From: Candidatus Omnitrophota bacterium
GTDB taxonomy: Bacteria > Omnitrophota > Omnitrophia > Omnitrophales > Aquincolibacteriaceae
DNA length: 64,000 nucleotides
Direction of reading: 5' to 3'
NCBI GenBank assembly: GCA_016196555.1
Contig: JACPXL010000070.1
Coordinates: 17,918-81,917, forward strand
A program made the position numbers and the translations under genes. Positions 27,629-36,765 of the stretch are shown here, in pieces. The first letter of the stretch is position 1. Every line of letters begins with the position of its first letter. The notes beneath the pieces are model-generated. The model saw only the letters and a list, made by a program, of their open reading frames with translations, did no database searches and was not told the origin of the DNA.

Positions 27629-29491
27629 ATGTTTGAAGTTTGGTTCAATCTGGCGGACTATGGCTGGAATCCCTATGCCATCCCTCCTTTTGTCGTAGGG
27701 CTCGTGAGCTTTGCCCTTGGCGCGGCGGTTTGCGTTCGTGAAAAGGGCTCGAAAATCAGCCTGCTTTTTTTCCTTATGACCACCACCACAGCCATTTGGC
27801 TTCTTGGCTACAGCGTTGTCTTTTGCGCCATCAATGAAATCACAGCCACCCGTTGGGCTGTTTTAACGAATTCCGCAGTGACATTCCTTCCCACAACCGT
27901 TTATGTTTTTACACTGGCCGCAGTCGGGCGCTCAAGCCAGTACCGAATTACGGCCCTATTAAGTTTGTTAACCTCCATTGCTTTTTGTGCGGCGCTTATT
28001 TTTACTCATTCGTTTATGACCGGGCTTTATCATTATTCCTGGGGATATTATTCCCGCTTCGGCTGGGTGAGCGCACTTTTTCTGGTTTTTTTCTTTGGAA
28101 TTCTTTTGGAAAGCCTTCGCCTGTTTTTAGGCGAATATAAGCGCCTCATTCACAGCACCAAGAAACAGCGGATGAAAAGATTGCTCGTCGCTTTTTGCAT
28201 CGGTTATCTGGGGTCAATGGATTATCTTGCGGCTTACGGTATTCCGGTTTATCCGGCCGGATATTTACCGGTCTTTGCATTTCTCATGATGGTCGGCCGA
28301 GCGATCGCGGTCTATCGGCTGATTGATATCACCCCCTCCTTTGCGGCCGAACAAATTATAAAAACCATGGCCGATGCTTTGCTCGTGATTGATCGAAGCG
28401 GTGTAGTGCGTGTGGCCAATCAAGCCGCCCTCGATCTTTTCCAGCATAATGAAATAAAATTAATCGGCGGAAACATTATGATTACGGGAATCGATTTATT
28501 CAAAAAGGACAGACTGGCGCGCCTGATCGTTACTGACTCCGTGCAAAATAATGAAATTACTTATCAGCATCCGAACAAAGGGAAGTTGATTCTTGAAATT
28601 TCGACCTCTGTTATTCGAGATGCCAAGGCGCATGGTCTGGCCGTTGTTTTCATCGCCAAAGATGTTACCGCCCGCAAAAAAGCGGATCAGGCTTTGCGGG
28701 AAAGTGAAATACATTACCGTCTTCTTGCTGAGAATGTGTCGGATGTTATTTGGACGATGAATACGGATTTGAAATTTACTTATATGAGCCCTTCCATTGA
28801 GCGTTTGACCGGCTATAAAGTGGAAGAAGCTATGGCCCTCAGTTTAGAAAAAACCATTGCCGCAGGATCTTTAAAAGAAGTTTTAAATGCCATCGCACAG
28901 GAATTCGCTCCTGAAAACCGGAAGGCCGCAAGCAAATTCCAATCCCGCACCATTCAACTCGAATATCTTTGTAAAAAAGGAAATATGGTATGGACTGAAG
29001 TTCAAATCACTTTTTTACGGCGTGAAGATGGGCGCGTTATGGAAATTCTTGGAGTTACGCGCGACATTACGGAACGAAGAAAAGCGGAGGAGGCCGTGCG
29101 GGAAAGTGAACGCTGTTATGCGGAACTGGTGCAGCAAGCCCCGGATCCTATCATCACGCTGGATCGGCTTGGTTATCTTCAATCCATGAACCCCGCAGCG
29201 GAGTTGGCCCTTGGCTATGGTTCGCCCGAATTAATCGGAAAGCATTTTGCAAAAACCGGAGTGGTAGGACCAGATTCCGTGGCCAAAACTCTTCAGGAAT
29301 TTACTCTCACGATCTTAGGCTGGCAAAGGCCGCCCTTTGAACTTCAGGTTATCCGTAAGGACAGTATTGTGCTCACCATGGAAGCCCATCCGAAATTGAT
29401 ACGCCGCGACAAAGAAAGCTTCCGGGTCCAGGTCATTTTCCGCGATATTACGGAACGCAAGCGCATAGAGCAGGAACTTCTAAGCGCTTAA
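27629..29491 (+). CDS. Seven-TM sensor with three PAS domains and no transmitter (HisKA/HATPase) module
   Basis: Seven hydrophobic helices in the first ~230 aa. Three PAS-like units follow, each ending in a D(V/I)T.R(K/R) linker (KDVTARKKADQALRESE, RDITERRKAEEAVRESE, RDITERKRIEQELLSA-stop). No H-box or N/G boxes in any frame downstream. Confidence 0.75.
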   Translation: MFEVWFNLADYGWNPYAIPPFVVGLVSFALGAAVCVREKGSKISLLFFLMTTTTAIWLLGYSVVFCAINEITATRWAVLTNSAVTFLPTTVYVFTLAAVGRSSQYRITALLSLLTSIAFCAALIFTHSFMTGLYHYSWGYYSRFGWVSALFLVFFFGILLESLRLFLGEYKRLIHSTKKQRMKRLLVAFCIGYLGSMDYLAAYGIPVYPAGYLPVFAFLMMVGRAIAVYRLIDITPSFAAEQIIKTMADALLVIDRSGVVRVANQAALDLFQHNEIKLIGGNIMITGIDLFKKDRLARLIVTDSVQNNEITYQHPNKGKLILEISTSVIRDAKAHGLAVVFIAKDVTARKKADQALRESEIHYRLLAENVSDVIWTMNTDLKFTYMSPSIERLTGYKVEEAMALSLEKTIAAGSLKEVLNAIAQEFAPENRKAASKFQSRTIQLEYLCKKGNMVWTEVQITFLRREDGRVMEILGVTRDITERRKAEEAVRESERCYAELVQQAPDPIITLDRLGYLQSMNPAAELALGYGSPELIGKHFAKTGVVGPDSVAKTLQEFTLTILGWQRPPFELQVIRKDSIVLTMEAHPKLIRRDKESFRVQVIFRDITERKRIEQELLSA

Positions 29492-29500
29492 ATCCGCTGC

Positions 29501-29529
29501 TTCACCTTCTCAACTTCATCCGCTATAAT
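29501..29529 (+). promoter_or_regulatory. Putative sigma-70 promoter immediately upstream of the SDR gene, possibly giving a leaderless mRNA
   Basis: TTCACC (29501-29506), a 17-nt spacer, then TATAAT (29524-29529). The in-frame ATG at 29537 is 8 nt past the -10 box, and there is no SD. Confidence 0.35.
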
Positions 29530-30331
29530 GCCTTTCATGTCATCACGCTTTCAGCAGGGCAAAACCGCATTGATTACGGGTGCTTCCGGAGGCATTGGCT
29601 ATGAGTTCGCCAAACTTTTAGCGGCTGAAGGACATTCCCTTATTCTCGTTGCTAGAAATGGTGAAAAGCTCCAGGAAATCGCCCTTGAGCTTGAAAAGCA
29701 ATTTCCCATCTCAGCCAAAGTTATTCCCAAGGATTTATCTCAAAGTTCTGCGCGGGAAGAACTTTTCCGTGAAATCGAAAGGGAAGGCATTCCGGTTGAT
29801 ATTCTGATTAACAATGCAGGGTTCGGACAATACGGTTTTTTTTCAGAAATCGATTGGCCCCGCGAAAATGAAATGATTCAATTAAATATTACCGCTCTAA
29901 CGCATTTGACGAAATTATTTATAGGGGAGATGATTCAAAGGAAACGCGGCAGAATTCTTCAGCTGGCTTCGACCGCTTCTTTTCAGCCCGGCCCTTTGAT
30001 GGCAGTTTATTACGCCACGAAAGCTTATATCCTTTTCTTTTCCGAAGCTGTTGCCAATGAATTAAAAAATACAGGGGTGACGATGACTTGCCTTTGCCCC
30101 GGTCCTACGGGGACCGATTTTCAGAAAAATGCGCGAATGGGGGACAACTGGTTTTTTAAATTGAATCAAATGGATGCTTCCTCGGTCGCGCGTATCGGTT
30201 ATCAGGGATTGATGAAAGGAAAGTCATTAGTCATTCCTGGCTGGACCAATTATTTAGGTTCCGTGCTGTCGAAACTCAGCCCTCGAAAAATCGTGACCGG
30301 GGCAGTGAGGATTTTACAGGAGACCAAATGA
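29528..30331 (+). CDS. Short-chain dehydrogenase/reductase (SDR)
   Basis: TGASGGIG, NNAG and YYATKAY. The real start may be ATG 29537, because ATG 29528 overlaps the TATAAT box. Confidence 0.88.
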   Translation: MPFMSSRFQQGKTALITGASGGIGYEFAKLLAAEGHSLILVARNGEKLQEIALELEKQFPISAKVIPKDLSQSSAREELFREIEREGIPVDILINNAGFGQYGFFSEIDWPRENEMIQLNITALTHLTKLFIGEMIQRKRGRILQLASTASFQPGPLMAVYYATKAYILFFSEAVANELKNTGVTMTCLCPGPTGTDFQKNARMGDNWFFKLNQMDASSVARIGYQGLMKGKSLVIPGWTNYLGSVLSKLSPRKIVTGAVRILQETK

Positions 30332-30675
30332 AAATCACTGTTTATCAAAAACCAACCTGCACCACTTGCCGCCAAGTTTATTCGGCCTTAAAAGACAGCG
30401 GCGTGGACTTTGAAGCCGTGAATTATTATTTGGACCCCATACCCAAAGCCAAAATCCGGGAATTATTGAAAAAGATGGGCATCAAGGCCCATGAGCTTTT
30501 GCGCAGTAAAGAAGAAATTTATAAAAAACTCAAACTTGCCGAAAAAGAACTTTCTGAAGATGAAATCGTGGATTTAATGGTGAAGCATCCGGATTTGATT
30601 CAGCGTCCCATTGTTGAAAAAGGTGCGAAGGCGATTTTGGCGAGACCGGCCGAACGGCTGAAGGAAATTCTTTAA
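30328..30675 (+). CDS. ArsC/Spx-family glutaredoxin-fold protein
   Basis: 115 aa with MKITVYQKPTCTTCRQ at the N-terminus and PDLIQRPIV. ATGA overlap with the SDR stop. Confidence 0.75.
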   Translation: MKITVYQKPTCTTCRQVYSALKDSGVDFEAVNYYLDPIPKAKIRELLKKMGIKAHELLRSKEEIYKKLKLAEKELSEDEIVDLMVKHPDLIQRPIVEKGAKAILARPAERLKEIL

Positions 30676-30894
30676 ATGAAGTTTTTAAATGACATTTGGG
30701 TTAATCCCTGGGTTTGGACCGGCGTTGCGCTTTTAGGCTTCGGGCTTTGTACGCTTTTGCCGATTGCCATTAAAGATCAGCACATCAGGACATTGGTCAA
30801 TCGTTTGGTTTTAATTCCCGTAAGTTTAATCCTTATTTTTTATGTCTATCCTGCAGGACTGGAAATTTTCCGCCGGTGGGCAGTTCACTTCTAA
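30676..30894 (+). CDS. Small two-TM membrane protein, unknown function
   Basis: 72-aa ORF that starts at the nucleotide after the upstream stop. Two hydrophobic helices. Confidence 0.5.
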   Translation: MKFLNDIWVNPWVWTGVALLGFGLCTLLPIAIKDQHIRTLVNRLVLIPVSLILIFYVYPAGLEIFRRWAVHF

Positions 30895-30905
30895 GGAGTT
30901 TAACG

Positions 30906-31472
30906 ATGAAACACCCATCACAGATAATTCTCATCGCTTTGTTCCTGGTTTTATTTTATGGAAATATTAAGGCCATAGCCGATAACATTCCGGTGCCGAT
31001 TCCTGTGACAAGTTCCGCGTTTCAAGAAGGCAGGGAAATTCCTTCCCGCTATACATGTGAAGGCGAGGATGTTTCTCCGCCTCTGGAATGGGGCCTAGTG
31101 CCCAGAGAAAGTCAAAGCATTGCCCTCATTATGGATGATCCGGGTACCGCCAGAGGAAACTGGGTTCATTGGGTTATCTTCAATTTGCCTCCAACCGTCC
31201 ACTCCTTGCCCGAGGGTATGCCCAGGCTCAAACAGCTTGCGAATGGTGAAATGCAGGGCATTGGGAGTTTTAAAAAGCATGGATACTACGGACCCTGTCC
31301 TCCGGAAGGCCAGCATCGGTATTTCTTTAAGCTCTATGCCTTGGACCGTCCGATTGCAGAGGAAGAAGAAATGACCAAAGAAAACTTGGAGGCTGCCATG
31401 CAAGGTCATGTGATTGGTACCGGGCAATTGATGGGAACTTATACAAAAAAGAAAAATGAAGGAGCAGCGTAA
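30906..31472 (+). CDS. YbhB/YbcL-family PEBP (Raf-kinase-inhibitor-like) protein, secreted
   Basis: Signal peptide from MKHPSQIILIALFLV. Motifs DDPGTARGNWVHWVIFN and GYYGPCPPEGQHRYFFKLYALD. Confidence 0.85.
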   Translation: MKHPSQIILIALFLVLFYGNIKAIADNIPVPIPVTSSAFQEGREIPSRYTCEGEDVSPPLEWGLVPRESQSIALIMDDPGTARGNWVHWVIFNLPPTVHSLPEGMPRLKQLANGEMQGIGSFKKHGYYGPCPPEGQHRYFFKLYALDRPIAEEEEMTKENLEAAMQGHVIGTGQLMGTYTKKKNEGAA

Positions 31473-31474
31473 AA

Positions 31475-31735
31475 ATGATTCAAGAAATTGCAATGATTGG
31501 TTCGATCGCCCTTCCTTTGTGGAATATTCCTTTGATTATCAACATGGTGAAAAGAAAGTCCTCGCGCGATGTCAGCCTGATGTGGGCGGTTGGCGTCTGG
31601 ACGTGCCTGCTGTTGATGGTCCCCTCCGGACTTTCATCCAGCGATATAGTCTGGAAGGTATTCTGCATTTTTAATTTCTCGATGTTCAGTCTGGTGGTGA
31701 TAACGGTTTTTTATTTTCGAAAGGAAAGAAAGTAG
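31475..31735 (+). CDS. SemiSWEET/PQ-loop-like 3-TM protein (PQ motif replaced by PL)
   Basis: 86 aa with three TM helices. The segment LWNIPLIINMVKRKSSRDVSLMW parallels the SemiSWEET pattern LPQ....K.K..RDIS. Confidence 0.5.
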   Translation: MIQEIAMIGSIALPLWNIPLIINMVKRKSSRDVSLMWAVGVWTCLLLMVPSGLSSSDIVWKVFCIFNFSMFSLVVITVFYFRKERK

Positions 31736-31744
31736 GAAGAAGAT

Positions 31745-34525
31745 TTATTTCTTTTTATTTTCTTTGATGCTTCCGGCAATGACCGTGTGAAGTTTTTCCG
31801 GATGAAAATTTTGCTGAATTGCCTGATTGGCCTCTTCCAGCGTGACTTTCCGGATAAGATTCTCGAATTGATCAAGATATTCTAGTCCAAGCTCGAGTTC
31901 TTCAGCGCGAAGGATTTGATTGGCAAGCCCGCCCGTTGTAGCGAGAGAAACCTTAAAATTTCCTATCAGAGTACTTTTTTCGTCTCCAAGCTCCTTGGCA
32001 GTCATTCCTTCCTCAATATATTGACGGATTTCTTTCATGGCGGCGTCAATGCCGGCTTCAAGCGATTTTGAATTGAAAATCATTTCGATTTCCCAATGGC
32101 CTTGTGTTTTCTTTTCAACCCCGTTTAATCGGGATTGAATATGATAGGTGAGTCCTTTGTCGTCACGCACGGAGTTCGGCAGCCGCGAAGAAAAGTCTCC
32201 GCCAAGCGCAGCATTGGCTAAGTAAAGAGGGAAATAGGCCGGGTCCTGCCGCGTAATAGAAAGTCCATGCCCCAGCATGACATCCGATTTTGTTTTGTCG
32301 GCCACATACGTCACCTTGCGCTCGGCCGGAAGATCAAGTACGCCGGTAGGAAAATCCGCCGGCACGTCTTTTATTTTCCAATTCGCAAATACATTCTGCA
32401 CCGTATTGGCCACAGTGTTTAAATCGATGTCTCCGACTGCGATCACAAACATTTCTTTAGGGCCGTAATGGTTTTCATAAAATTCCCGCACTTCGGCAAT
32501 CGTCGTTTTTTCCAAGTCTTTAATCTGAAGCTCATAAGGAGGTTCGTAATGAGGATGGCCCGGGGCATAAATCTGCCGGGACAAGGCCGCGTCTGCCAGG
32601 CTTTCGGTCTCGCTCATGGCTTGCTGGAGGCTGGACAATTGATTTTGTTTTAGTTTTTCGAATTCCTCCTCATTGAAAGCGGGTTCCCGGAGTTGTTCAG
32701 CGATCAAACGAAGAACGAGAGGAATATCTTTTCTGAGGCAGCGTGCAGTAAAGCCGACTCGTTCATAATTCATTCGGAAAATAACTTGGGCACCGCGGTC
32801 TTCTAAAAGTTTGGCAATTTCAAATTTATTTTTCTGCTTTGTTCCCTGGTCAAGCATTGAAAGTGTAAGATTTGCCAGAGTGGAATTTTTGGAAAAAATA
32901 TAGCCTGCTCCTTTAAATGAGCCGGCAACTGTGACGACATCTCGCGTACCCGTTTTTACCGTAATGACTTGAATAGAGCCTATTTGTTTAATCTGAGCCC
33001 GTTCCGATATTTTTTTCAGAAAATCCTTGTCCTCTGAAACTGCCTCAGCGGGGCGAGAAATTTCAGTTTCATCTAACTCAACGACGGTAAAAGGAATTGA
33101 GTTGAGATTGGGTTGGGGCGCTGCCGCGGAAGGCTTTATCTTGGCTGGTTTTTCAGGATTTTTAGAAATAAGCCAGCCGTAGGTGAGGCGATGGTCCAAG
33201 AAATATTTTTGGGCAACTCTCAAAATATCTTCCCGCGTGACAGCCTGGATTTTTTTCAAATAGTTAACAAAAAGTGTCCAGTCGCCCGAAGCAATGGCTG
33301 CGCTCAATTCATTAGACATTGTGAAAGATCCGTCACGGGTAAAGGCCTCGTCGGCATAGACCTGATTTTTAGCGCGTGTAAGTTCATCCTCGGTCACGCC
33401 GGATGTTTTAATTTCCTCAATCATCTGAAAAAATTCTTCTTCCACTTTGGCGTGCTTTACGCCGGGAGATAGCAGAATAATTGTTTCGAAAAGTCCGGAA
33501 TCAAAATTCTTGGACACTTCACTGTAAACCTGAACGGCTAAGCCCTTGTCGATCAGCCTGCGATAGAGGCGGCTGGTTTTTCCATCCGATAGAATTTGAC
33601 TCAAAAGATCAAGCGGGGCGATGTCCGGGTCTGTTGCCGGGGGGATTTTGTAGGCATAATCTAAGGCCTGAATTTTATCTTCCCGCTTGATTTGAATAAA
33701 ACGCTTCTCGTTTTGTTCCGGTTCTTTGATTTCCATAGGCGGAATGGGATTCGGGGAAGAGGGAATCGAGCCAAATTGCTTTTCGATATAATCGAGGACT
33801 TTTTTAGTTTGAAAATCGCCGATCACCGACAGAACGGCATTGTTGGGCCAATAATAGGTGTCATAAAATTCTTTAAGCGAAGAAATCGGCATTTTATCGA
33901 GGTGTTTGCGTATTCCGATAATAGGAAAATGATACGGGTGGGTTTTGAATGCTTCGGCCCATACCCCGTGCTGCAAAGCAAAAAGCGGAGAATTATCCAT
34001 TTTGTCAAATTCGCTTTGAACCACCGGCATTTCGGATTTTAAATCTTCGACTTTCAGAAGAGAATTGCGCATGCGGTCCGCCTCAATGGCGAGCGCGGTC
34101 TCCAATTTATCGCTGGGCAGTAATTCAAAATAATTGGTGCCGTCCTGCCAGGTCCCGGCATTCAAGATGGCGCCCATTCCTTGCAGGGTTGAAGCAATCG
34201 AAGTCTTGGATTGTTTGTTATAGGTAGGAGTGCCTTTAAACATCATATGTTCAAGAAGATGAGCGGAGCCCCGATACCGGTCGTTTTCATTGCGGGAGCC
34301 CACCTGGTAAGTTAACATCACGGTGGCCACGGGGGCAGAATGGTCTTCCGAAATCAGAATACGTAAGCCATTGGAATGAAGTTTGTATTCTTCAATCCCG
34401 TTGGATTGTTTGACTAAACTGTAAGCGGGCATGGACGCCTTTTCCTCAGACCGTACTGATGATATAGCCATAAGAAAAACTCCTATGAAGATAAAAACGC
34501 AGAGTGCCTTTGCGTTTTGCCTCAT
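31745..34525 (-). CDS. Secreted tandem M16 (pitrilysin/insulinase) family zinc peptidase
   Basis: 926 aa with a signal peptide and the inverted zinc motif HLLEHMMFKG in the first half. The second M16-like half lacks the motif. Confidence 0.88.
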   Translation of the reverse strand: MRQNAKALCVFIFIGVFLMAISSVRSEEKASMPAYSLVKQSNGIEEYKLHSNGLRILISEDHSAPVATVMLTYQVGSRNENDRYRGSAHLLEHMMFKGTPTYNKQSKTSIASTLQGMGAILNAGTWQDGTNYFELLPSDKLETALAIEADRMRNSLLKVEDLKSEMPVVQSEFDKMDNSPLFALQHGVWAEAFKTHPYHFPIIGIRKHLDKMPISSLKEFYDTYYWPNNAVLSVIGDFQTKKVLDYIEKQFGSIPSSPNPIPPMEIKEPEQNEKRFIQIKREDKIQALDYAYKIPPATDPDIAPLDLLSQILSDGKTSRLYRRLIDKGLAVQVYSEVSKNFDSGLFETIILLSPGVKHAKVEEEFFQMIEEIKTSGVTEDELTRAKNQVYADEAFTRDGSFTMSNELSAAIASGDWTLFVNYLKKIQAVTREDILRVAQKYFLDHRLTYGWLISKNPEKPAKIKPSAAAPQPNLNSIPFTVVELDETEISRPAEAVSEDKDFLKKISERAQIKQIGSIQVITVKTGTRDVVTVAGSFKGAGYIFSKNSTLANLTLSMLDQGTKQKNKFEIAKLLEDRGAQVIFRMNYERVGFTARCLRKDIPLVLRLIAEQLREPAFNEEEFEKLKQNQLSSLQQAMSETESLADAALSRQIYAPGHPHYEPPYELQIKDLEKTTIAEVREFYENHYGPKEMFVIAVGDIDLNTVANTVQNVFANWKIKDVPADFPTGVLDLPAERKVTYVADKTKSDVMLGHGLSITRQDPAYFPLYLANAALGGDFSSRLPNSVRDDKGLTYHIQSRLNGVEKKTQGHWEIEMIFNSKSLEAGIDAAMKEIRQYIEEGMTAKELGDEKSTLIGNFKVSLATTGGLANQILRAEELELGLEYLDQFENLIRKVTLEEANQAIQQNFHPEKLHTVIAGSIKENKKK

Positions 34526-34663
34526 ATCAGGGTCGTTTCTCCATAAATTTCTTGTGTCAGCGGAAATTATTTTCGATAGTGTAACCTTTTCTGCGTTTTT
34601 CTACTATTAAAAAACCAAACCAGGCCGCTGGCGTTTCGGCGATGTTTTAAGTAAAATGGCGTC

Positions 34664-36382
34664 ATGATTGACAGGGAAGAATTCGAAAATTTGGATGCGG
34701 AGAAACAAGTCGAAGTTTTCCGCGAATCTTCCATTCGGGAAAAAGGGGAATTGTTTTTACGTTGTCATGACCCTGGGCGCATTGCTCGGGCGCTCAGCGG
34801 CGAGGAGTTTTATCTCATCACCCGGGAAATGGACATGGAAGAGAAAACGGAAATTCTCCAATATGCCACATTGCCTCAGCTTTTTTTCCTTTCGGATGTC
34901 GAATGTTGGCGCGGCGACCGGATCCATGCAGCGGGTTTTGTCACCTGGCTTGAAACTTTGCATGAAGCGGATGACAGAAAGCTTTTGGCATGGCTTCTGC
35001 AAATCGATTATGAGACGGCAGTGGCAGGCCTTAAACAAATCATAAGGGTCTTAAAGCCGGAATGGGAATATGCCGCCGATGAATCGTTGGGCGACGGGAC
35101 TTCCTTTACGCTGGACCAGTATTATTATATTTCTGTGCGGGAAGAAAATTTTGAAACCGTAAAGCGTGTTTTAGAAGTTCTTTTTGAAAATCACCGCGGC
35201 CGGTATACGGCCCTGCTCGAAGGTGTTTTAAGCGAGCTTGATTATGAAATTGAAGAAGAGGCCTTCAGAAATCGTGGAGAAAGACTGGAAGAGCACGGAT
35301 TTCCCGGTCCCGAAACCGCGCGGCAGATTTTTCACCCCATCTCAAAGCAGGAATTTGAAAGTTTTCCGGAAAAAAATGGCCAAAACCCGTCTGAGAGCGT
35401 AACTACCAGGAAAACCGAAAAATTTTCCATGATTTCTGCGGCTGCCAGGCAAAATCTTTTTCTCGATGATGTGCTGCTTGCTTTGCGCGAGGAGGATGCG
35501 GCGATTTCAGAAGGAGTTGAGGAAGAATTGATCTGGCTTTCCAATAAGGTCATTGCCGCGGAAGGGATTGATTTTTCCGCGGCCGTCACAGAAGAAAAAA
35601 TCCGGCAGGGAGCGGACAAGACTCGCCGGATTTTAAGTCTGGGGCTTGAGCTCGTCAGTCATGGAGATATTTCGGAAGCTGTCCGTCTGATGAGTAAAAA
35701 ATGGCTGGAATCCATTTTCCGCCTTGCGATAACACGGCTTTATGAAATCCGCAAATCAGCCGAATCGATTGTCCAGGAATGCTGGAAAGGCGAGACTCGC
35801 CGCTTTCTGGAATTCCTCAATCCGCCTTATGAAATTATTTTTCGCGACCTTTTTTCAACAGTCCCGCAATTTTTCGATGATTCAATTTCAGAGAATCAAA
35901 ATCAAACCCGTGATTTTACGACTTTGCTTGATGTTGAACGTGCTGAGCGTTCAGTGGACCAAATGGCACTTATTCATGGATTCCTCAGCTTCAAGATTCC
36001 GCAAATTTATGAGGAGATTCACCGCGGGCGCTCCGAAGATTTAACGTGGAGGCTTTTCGAGGCGCTTGCCACCCTGTACGCCTCTTTCGTGTTAAACGGA
36101 ACTATTTCCATTAGAGCATTGAGTGAAGCCCATGTTTTGCAATTTATGGAAAAGGGGTTCGACAAAAAGGATGATATGCGAATATTGAATCCGCAGAAAA
36201 AAAAGGCGTTTTTCGATCAATTTTTTACGCCGGCGCAGCAAGAAACCCTTCGCACTTTATGGGCCTTTGTATTTAACGAAATGGAATCCGAACTAGGCCG
36301 GCTTAAAATTTCCAAAAAATTCGATCCCCGGTTTGTTTCTATCTTAAGAATTCACCGTAGAAAAAACGCTACACCGCTATGA
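34664..36382 (+). CDS. Hypothetical helical protein (572 aa), MgtE-N-like helical repeats at the N-terminus
   Basis: Long ORF with an ATGA overlap to the downstream TPR gene. No catalytic motif recognised. Confidence 0.6.
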   Translation: MIDREEFENLDAEKQVEVFRESSIREKGELFLRCHDPGRIARALSGEEFYLITREMDMEEKTEILQYATLPQLFFLSDVECWRGDRIHAAGFVTWLETLHEADDRKLLAWLLQIDYETAVAGLKQIIRVLKPEWEYAADESLGDGTSFTLDQYYYISVREENFETVKRVLEVLFENHRGRYTALLEGVLSELDYEIEEEAFRNRGERLEEHGFPGPETARQIFHPISKQEFESFPEKNGQNPSESVTTRKTEKFSMISAAARQNLFLDDVLLALREEDAAISEGVEEELIWLSNKVIAAEGIDFSAAVTEEKIRQGADKTRRILSLGLELVSHGDISEAVRLMSKKWLESIFRLAITRLYEIRKSAESIVQECWKGETRRFLEFLNPPYEIIFRDLFSTVPQFFDDSISENQNQTRDFTTLLDVERAERSVDQMALIHGFLSFKIPQIYEEIHRGRSEDLTWRLFEALATLYASFVLNGTISIRALSEAHVLQFMEKGFDKKDDMRILNPQKKKAFFDQFFTPAQQETLRTLWAFVFNEMESELGRLKISKKFDPRFVSILRIHRRKNATPL

Positions 36383-36765
36383 AAAGTCTTCAAACCAATA
36401 CCTTAGATTTCGAAATCACTTTTTTTGAGCGCCTTATTAAAGAAAAGCCTGATTATCTCGAAGCGCTTATTCCGCTCGCGGCGGCTTATACGCGCAAAGG
36501 ACTTTACGAAAAGGGTTTGGGAGTCGACAAAACGCTTGCGAGGCTTTGCAAAAAAGACCCGGTGGTGCATTACAATTTGGCCTGCAGTCTGGCGCTTGTA
36601 GGCCAGAAAAAGCAGGCCATTCAAGTGCTTAAAACGGCGATTGAACTTGGATATCGAGATTTTGAACATCTTAAAAAGGATCCGGATCTTCAAAGTCTTT
36701 GCGAAGATCCGGAATTTCAGAATTTGAAGGCCGGCAAACGTCAGAAATCTTCTTCAAATGAATAA
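36379..36765 (+). CDS. Small TPR-like protein
   Basis: 128 aa. TPR-type helices (PDYLEALIPLAAAYTRKGLYEKG, VHYNLACSLALVGQKKQAIQVLKTAIELGY) and a DPDL...DPEF end motif. Confidence 0.65.
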   Translation: MKSLQTNTLDFEITFFERLIKEKPDYLEALIPLAAAYTRKGLYEKGLGVDKTLARLCKKDPVVHYNLACSLALVGQKKQAIQVLKTAIELGYRDFEHLKKDPDLQSLCEDPEFQNLKAGKRQKSSSNE

